Source: Bacteroidales bacterium (GTDB lineage Bacteria; Bacteroidota; Bacteroidia; Bacteroidales; UBA12077). From it: a stretch of 49,173 bases of DNA. A program made the position numbers and the translations under genes. Each line of letters opens with the position of its first letter. Within the stretch, counting starts at the first letter, position 1. This document shows, one piece after another, positions 46,817 to 49,173 of the stretch. The DNA lies in the NCBI GenBank assembly GCA_030668615.1, contig DAOUTQ010000001.1, forward strand, positions 1 to 49,173, given 5' to 3'. The notes beneath the pieces are model-generated. The model saw only the letters and a list, made by a program, of their open reading frames with translations, was not told the origin of the DNA and did not search any database.

Positions 46817-47514
46817 TATACTTCGTTCTGATTTTCTTGAAGATTAGCAATTATTCCTGATAATTCGGCACCTACTTTTAATCCAACAAAAATGTAGATA
46901 ACAGGAATAAGTCCTGCACTGAAAATTGTTCCGAATTTACCTAAGGATAATAATGTATTGTCGAGAAATCCTGCTGCAAAAATAACACCGGCAACGCCAA
47001 TTAAAACAAAACTCAAACCCGATATTGATTCAACAATTGTAATTAATTTATGACTAACTTCTTTCGCAGGCTGTGACAGCAACATTAAAACCAAGCCCGA
47101 TGCTATTATTGCTCCCCCCTGGAAACCTCCGCCCGGGCTTAAATGTCCGTTAATAAAAACATATATGCCGAATAATAATGTTACCGGCACTAATATTTTT
47201 GATGCTGTATCTAATATTTCACTTGTAGTTCTTAACTTTCGTTTTCGACTTGCACTTGTTTCAATTTTCAGTAAAAAACTCACTATGGCTGCCGACAAGA
47301 ACAAGATAGTTACTTCGCCAAGAGTATCCAACCCACGATATGTAACTACAACTGCTGTTACAAGGTTTGCAGAACCAACTTCTTCAGGTCCCGATACAGC
47401 GTAATGATTTGCTAAAGTATTTAATTCGGAATTACCTTTAAAGCCAACAAATACATTAGCCAATAAAACGGCAAATCCAATTAACACAATAAATATTAAT
47501 ATATTCTTAACCAT
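46816..47514 (-). CDS. MrpB/MnhB-domain subunit (MbhE/F-like)
   Basis: NLVTAVVVTYRGLDTLGEVTILF is the MnhB signature. 232 aa, multi-TM. Confidence 0.75.
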   Translation of the reverse strand: MVKNILIFIVLIGFAVLLANVFVGFKGNSELNTLANHYAVSGPEEVGSANLVTAVVVTYRGLDTLGEVTILFLSAAIVSFLLKIETSASRKRKLRTTSEILDTASKILVPVTLLFGIYVFINGHLSPGGGFQGGAIIASGLVLMLLSQPAKEVSHKLITIVESISGLSFVLIGVAGVIFAAGFLDNTLLSLGKFGTIFSAGLIPVIYIFVGLKVGAELSGIIANLQENQNEV

Positions 47515-47752
47515 TTTGTCTTTTTATTTTGTTTAAAACATAAAAGAAAATAATAGTGGATAATCCACTACCAATAGCTGCTTCTGTCATTGCAACATCA
47601 GGAGCTGACAAAAGCAGATATAATACCGATGCAAACAAACTAACAGCACCTGCAGCTATTATACCTACTACTAAGTTCTTATGAATAATAGCAATTACTG
47701 CCATAATCAGAATTAAAACTCCTATAAAGAGAGCAATTATAAGTTGAATCAT
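47507..47752 (-). CDS. MbhD / MrpA-C-terminal (DUF4040) subunit
   Basis: 81 aa, 3 TM. LLLSAPDVAMTEAAIGSGLSTIIF matches the DUF4040 APDVALTEA block. Confidence 0.7.
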   Translation of the reverse strand: MIQLIIALFIGVLILIMAVIAIIHKNLVVGIIAAGAVSLFASVLYLLLSAPDVAMTEAAIGSGLSTIIFFYVLNKIKRQNG

Positions 47753-47753
47753 G

Positions 47754-48116
47754 TTATTCGTTTTTAATTTCTTTATTTACTTTATAAGTAGTTTCTTCTT
47801 TATCTAACAAATCTGTCACAGTTTTATCTGTCAAAGGAATTTTAATATAATGTGCTGCACGCGCAAGAACATGAGAAGAAACCGGATTGGTAATTAATAT
47901 AAATATCATTAATAATATTAATTTCCCCCACCACTCAGGTGTAATCAATAATAATCCTATTAATGATAAAAGTGTTCCTAAAGTAGAAGCCTTTGTTCCT
48001 GCCTGTATTCGGTTAAACAAATCGGGCATACGAACTAAACCTAAAGCTCCAAGAAATAGGAAAATAGAACCTAACAAAACCAATATTGCACCTATTATTT
48101 CTAATGTACTATCCAT
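47754..48116 (-). CDS. MrpG/MnhG subunit
   Basis: GALGLVRMPDLFNRIQAGTKASTLG is the PhaG/MnhG signature. The ATG at 48116 abuts the upstream stop at 48118. Confidence 0.8.
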   Translation of the reverse strand: MDSTLEIIGAILVLLGSIFLFLGALGLVRMPDLFNRIQAGTKASTLGTLLSLIGLLLITPEWWGKLILLMIFILITNPVSSHVLARAAHYIKIPLTDKTVTDLLDKEETTYKVNKEIKNE

Positions 48117-48117
48117 A

Positions 48118-48378
48118 TTACAATCCCCTTTCAAAATAACGTGAAACAATAATTACTCCCAAAAAGCTAAGTAATCCGTACACTATAGCAACATCCAAAT
48201 AAATTATTCGAGAAGCTAAATAAGCAATTAATGCAATAAGTGCAAGAGAACTAACTGTCATTACATCATATGCAACTAATCGATCCGGAGCTGTCGGGCC
48301 TTTAATAAATCTATAAAGTGATAGCATAATTGCTAACAACATAATTATCGCCGACGCAAAAAGTATTTTACTAACCAT
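48118..48378 (-). CDS. MrpF/MnhF subunit
   Basis: 86 aa. YRFIKGPTAPDRLVAYDVM is the MnhF signature. Confidence 0.8.
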   Translation of the reverse strand: MVSKILFASAIIMLLAIMLSLYRFIKGPTAPDRLVAYDVMTVSSLALIALIAYLASRIIYLDVAIVYGLLSFLGVIIVSRYFERGL

Positions 48379-48865
48379 ATATCTTTTCTAAATGTTTTTC
48401 AAATTTTTTAACAATAGCTTCAGTAGCTTTATCAATATCTTCACAACAAACATCTATACAATGAATGTACAGAATATCATCCTCAATATCAACAGTAAGC
48501 GTACCTGGTGTAAGTGTAATAGAGTTGGCAAGAATCATTCTTCCCATTTTTGATTTTAGTATAGTCTTTGTTTTTATAATTCCCGGATTTATTGGTAAAG
48601 CCGGAGTAAGAACTCGTCTCGCAACATCCAGATTTGATTTAATCAACTCAATTAAGAAAACAAACAGATATAAAATTGTATTCAAGAATGATTTAGGTGT
48701 AAATTTCAATTCATTAAATATCTGTATATGTCGTCCAAAAAGTATTGAAATAATTAGTGAAAGAACAAATCCAATAATTATTAATTCTAATTGAAAACTA
48801 TTATTCAATAAAACCCAAATAATTATTAAAATTATAAAAAGAGATAACTGATTCTTAATCTTCAT
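48371..48865 (-). CDS. MrpE/MnhE subunit
   Basis: NLDVARRVLTPALPINPGII...LANSITLTPGTLTVDI is the MnhE signature. First gene of the operon. Confidence 0.8.
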   Translation of the reverse strand: MKIKNQLSLFIILIIIWVLLNNSFQLELIIIGFVLSLIISILFGRHIQIFNELKFTPKSFLNTILYLFVFLIELIKSNLDVARRVLTPALPINPGIIKTKTILKSKMGRMILANSITLTPGTLTVDIEDDILYIHCIDVCCEDIDKATEAIVKKFEKHLEKIYG

Positions 48866-48912
48866 ATTATTAGATATTTATAAGTATAAATATTTATATA
48901 TTTATATTGCTA

Positions 48913-48920
48913 CAAATGTA
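48913..48920 (-). promoter_or_regulatory. Candidate -7 promoter box (TACATTTG on the minus strand) for the Mrp/complex-I-like operon
   Basis: Plus-strand CAAATGTA, 48 nt upstream of the mrpE-like ATG at 48865. Confidence 0.4.
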
Positions 48921-48939
48921 CTACACAAATTTTTAAATT

Positions 48940-48951
48940 ACTTGTACAAGT
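48940..48951. promoter_or_regulatory. Perfect 12-bp palindrome ACTTGTACAAGT, candidate operator
   Basis: Self-complementary. Its centre lies 25 nt upstream of the minus-strand -7 box, roughly at position -40. It sits in the divergent region shared with the FNR-like gene. Confidence 0.35.
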
Positions 48952-49026
48952 TACCTATTTTAAAATACTTTTAAAATAAACATTTGTCTATTTTTTTATA
49001 GATTTATGTATATATTATAATTATTC

Positions 49027-49034
49027 TATATTTG
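49027..49034 (+). promoter_or_regulatory. Candidate -7 promoter box (TATATTTG) for the FNR-like gene
   Basis: TAnnTTTG match about 50 nt upstream of ATG 49084. Confidence 0.35.
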
Positions 49035-49083
49035 CATTCTGGAGCTTAGTTTTTTCATCTTACTTCTATTTTATAATTTGGAA

Positions 49084-49173
49084 ATGAATTCATTTAGACC
49101 AACAGGGTGTACAGAATGTAAAGAAAAGTCGTTATGCTTTAAACAATTAAATAAGGACGAACTCAGATTGACA
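49084..49173 (+). CDS. Crp/Fnr family regulator, FNR-type N-terminus (3' end cut by window edge)
   Basis: MNSFRPTGCTECKEKSLCFKQLNKDELRLT. The CX2CX5C spacing and the following F..LN..EL parallel E. coli FNR C20-C23-C29 ([20 protein letters not shown]). Not in the ORF track because only 30 codons are present. Confidence 0.5.
   Translation, partial: MNSFRPTGCTECKEKSLCFKQLNKDELRLT

Noticed and set aside
37145-48865. Calling the cluster a standard nuo (NDH-1) operon or a plain Mrp Na+/H+ antiporter
   Set aside because: NuoA, J, E, F and G are absent, while MrpE/F/G/B/C and DUF4040 subunits are present, so it is not nuo. NuoH/B/C/D/I-like genes are embedded in the same translationally coupled operon, so it is not Mrp alone.
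48940-48951. Interpreting the palindrome as a canonical FNR box
   Set aside because: It does not match TTGAT-N4-ATCAA, since the half-sites have no spacer. It is kept only as a generic candidate operator.
1-49173. Prophage, integrative element, transposon, tRNA/rRNA genes
   Set aside because: No integrase, transposase, phage structural or conjugation motifs were recognised in any frame. No intergenic region has the GC content or cloverleaf-like complementarity expected for tRNA. No rRNA-like conserved blocks were seen.

Overview
AT-rich (roughly 30% GC by eye) chromosomal segment that looks like Bacteroidota. Evidence for that placement: TAnnTTTG-type -7 promoter boxes, a DUF5103/T9SS-plug-like gene, PorE-like TPR+PD40 proteins and typical GAGCGAAGCG-core REP hairpins. 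Most of bases 1-28,900 is housekeeping: aminotransferases, a GT2 fusion, a 2-oxoacid dehydrogenase E2, holA, rhomboid, gmhB, NhaC, msrB, pgeF, and two DEAD-box helicases flanking a B12/radical-SAM gene. It also holds three tandem TPR+beta-propeller paralogs. Bases 28,910-31,294 are a small repeat-punctuated accessory patch with two unknown genes. The standout is the minus-strand operon at 37,145-48,865. It runs MrpE-F-G, MbhD-like, MrpB, MrpC, a fused double MrpD/NuoL-type antiporter protein, then NuoH-, NuoB-, NuoC- and NuoD-like subunits. It ends with a NuoI-like ferredoxin domain fused to a GltD/NfnB-type NAD(P)H flavoprotein, plus a CBS protein. This is an MBX/MBS-style Mrp/complex-I-like energy-converting module. 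Its NuoD-like subunit lacks [NiFe] and quinone ligands, and its NuoB-like subunit has only three cysteines, so the substrate is unknown. A four-helix-bundle gene with an in-frame stop, and a remnant of a second copy, sit inside the operon. An FNR-type regulator (CX2CX5C) is transcribed divergently from it. No rRNA, tRNA, CRISPR array, integrase or transposase was seen. All homology calls come from motif recognition by eye, not from searches.
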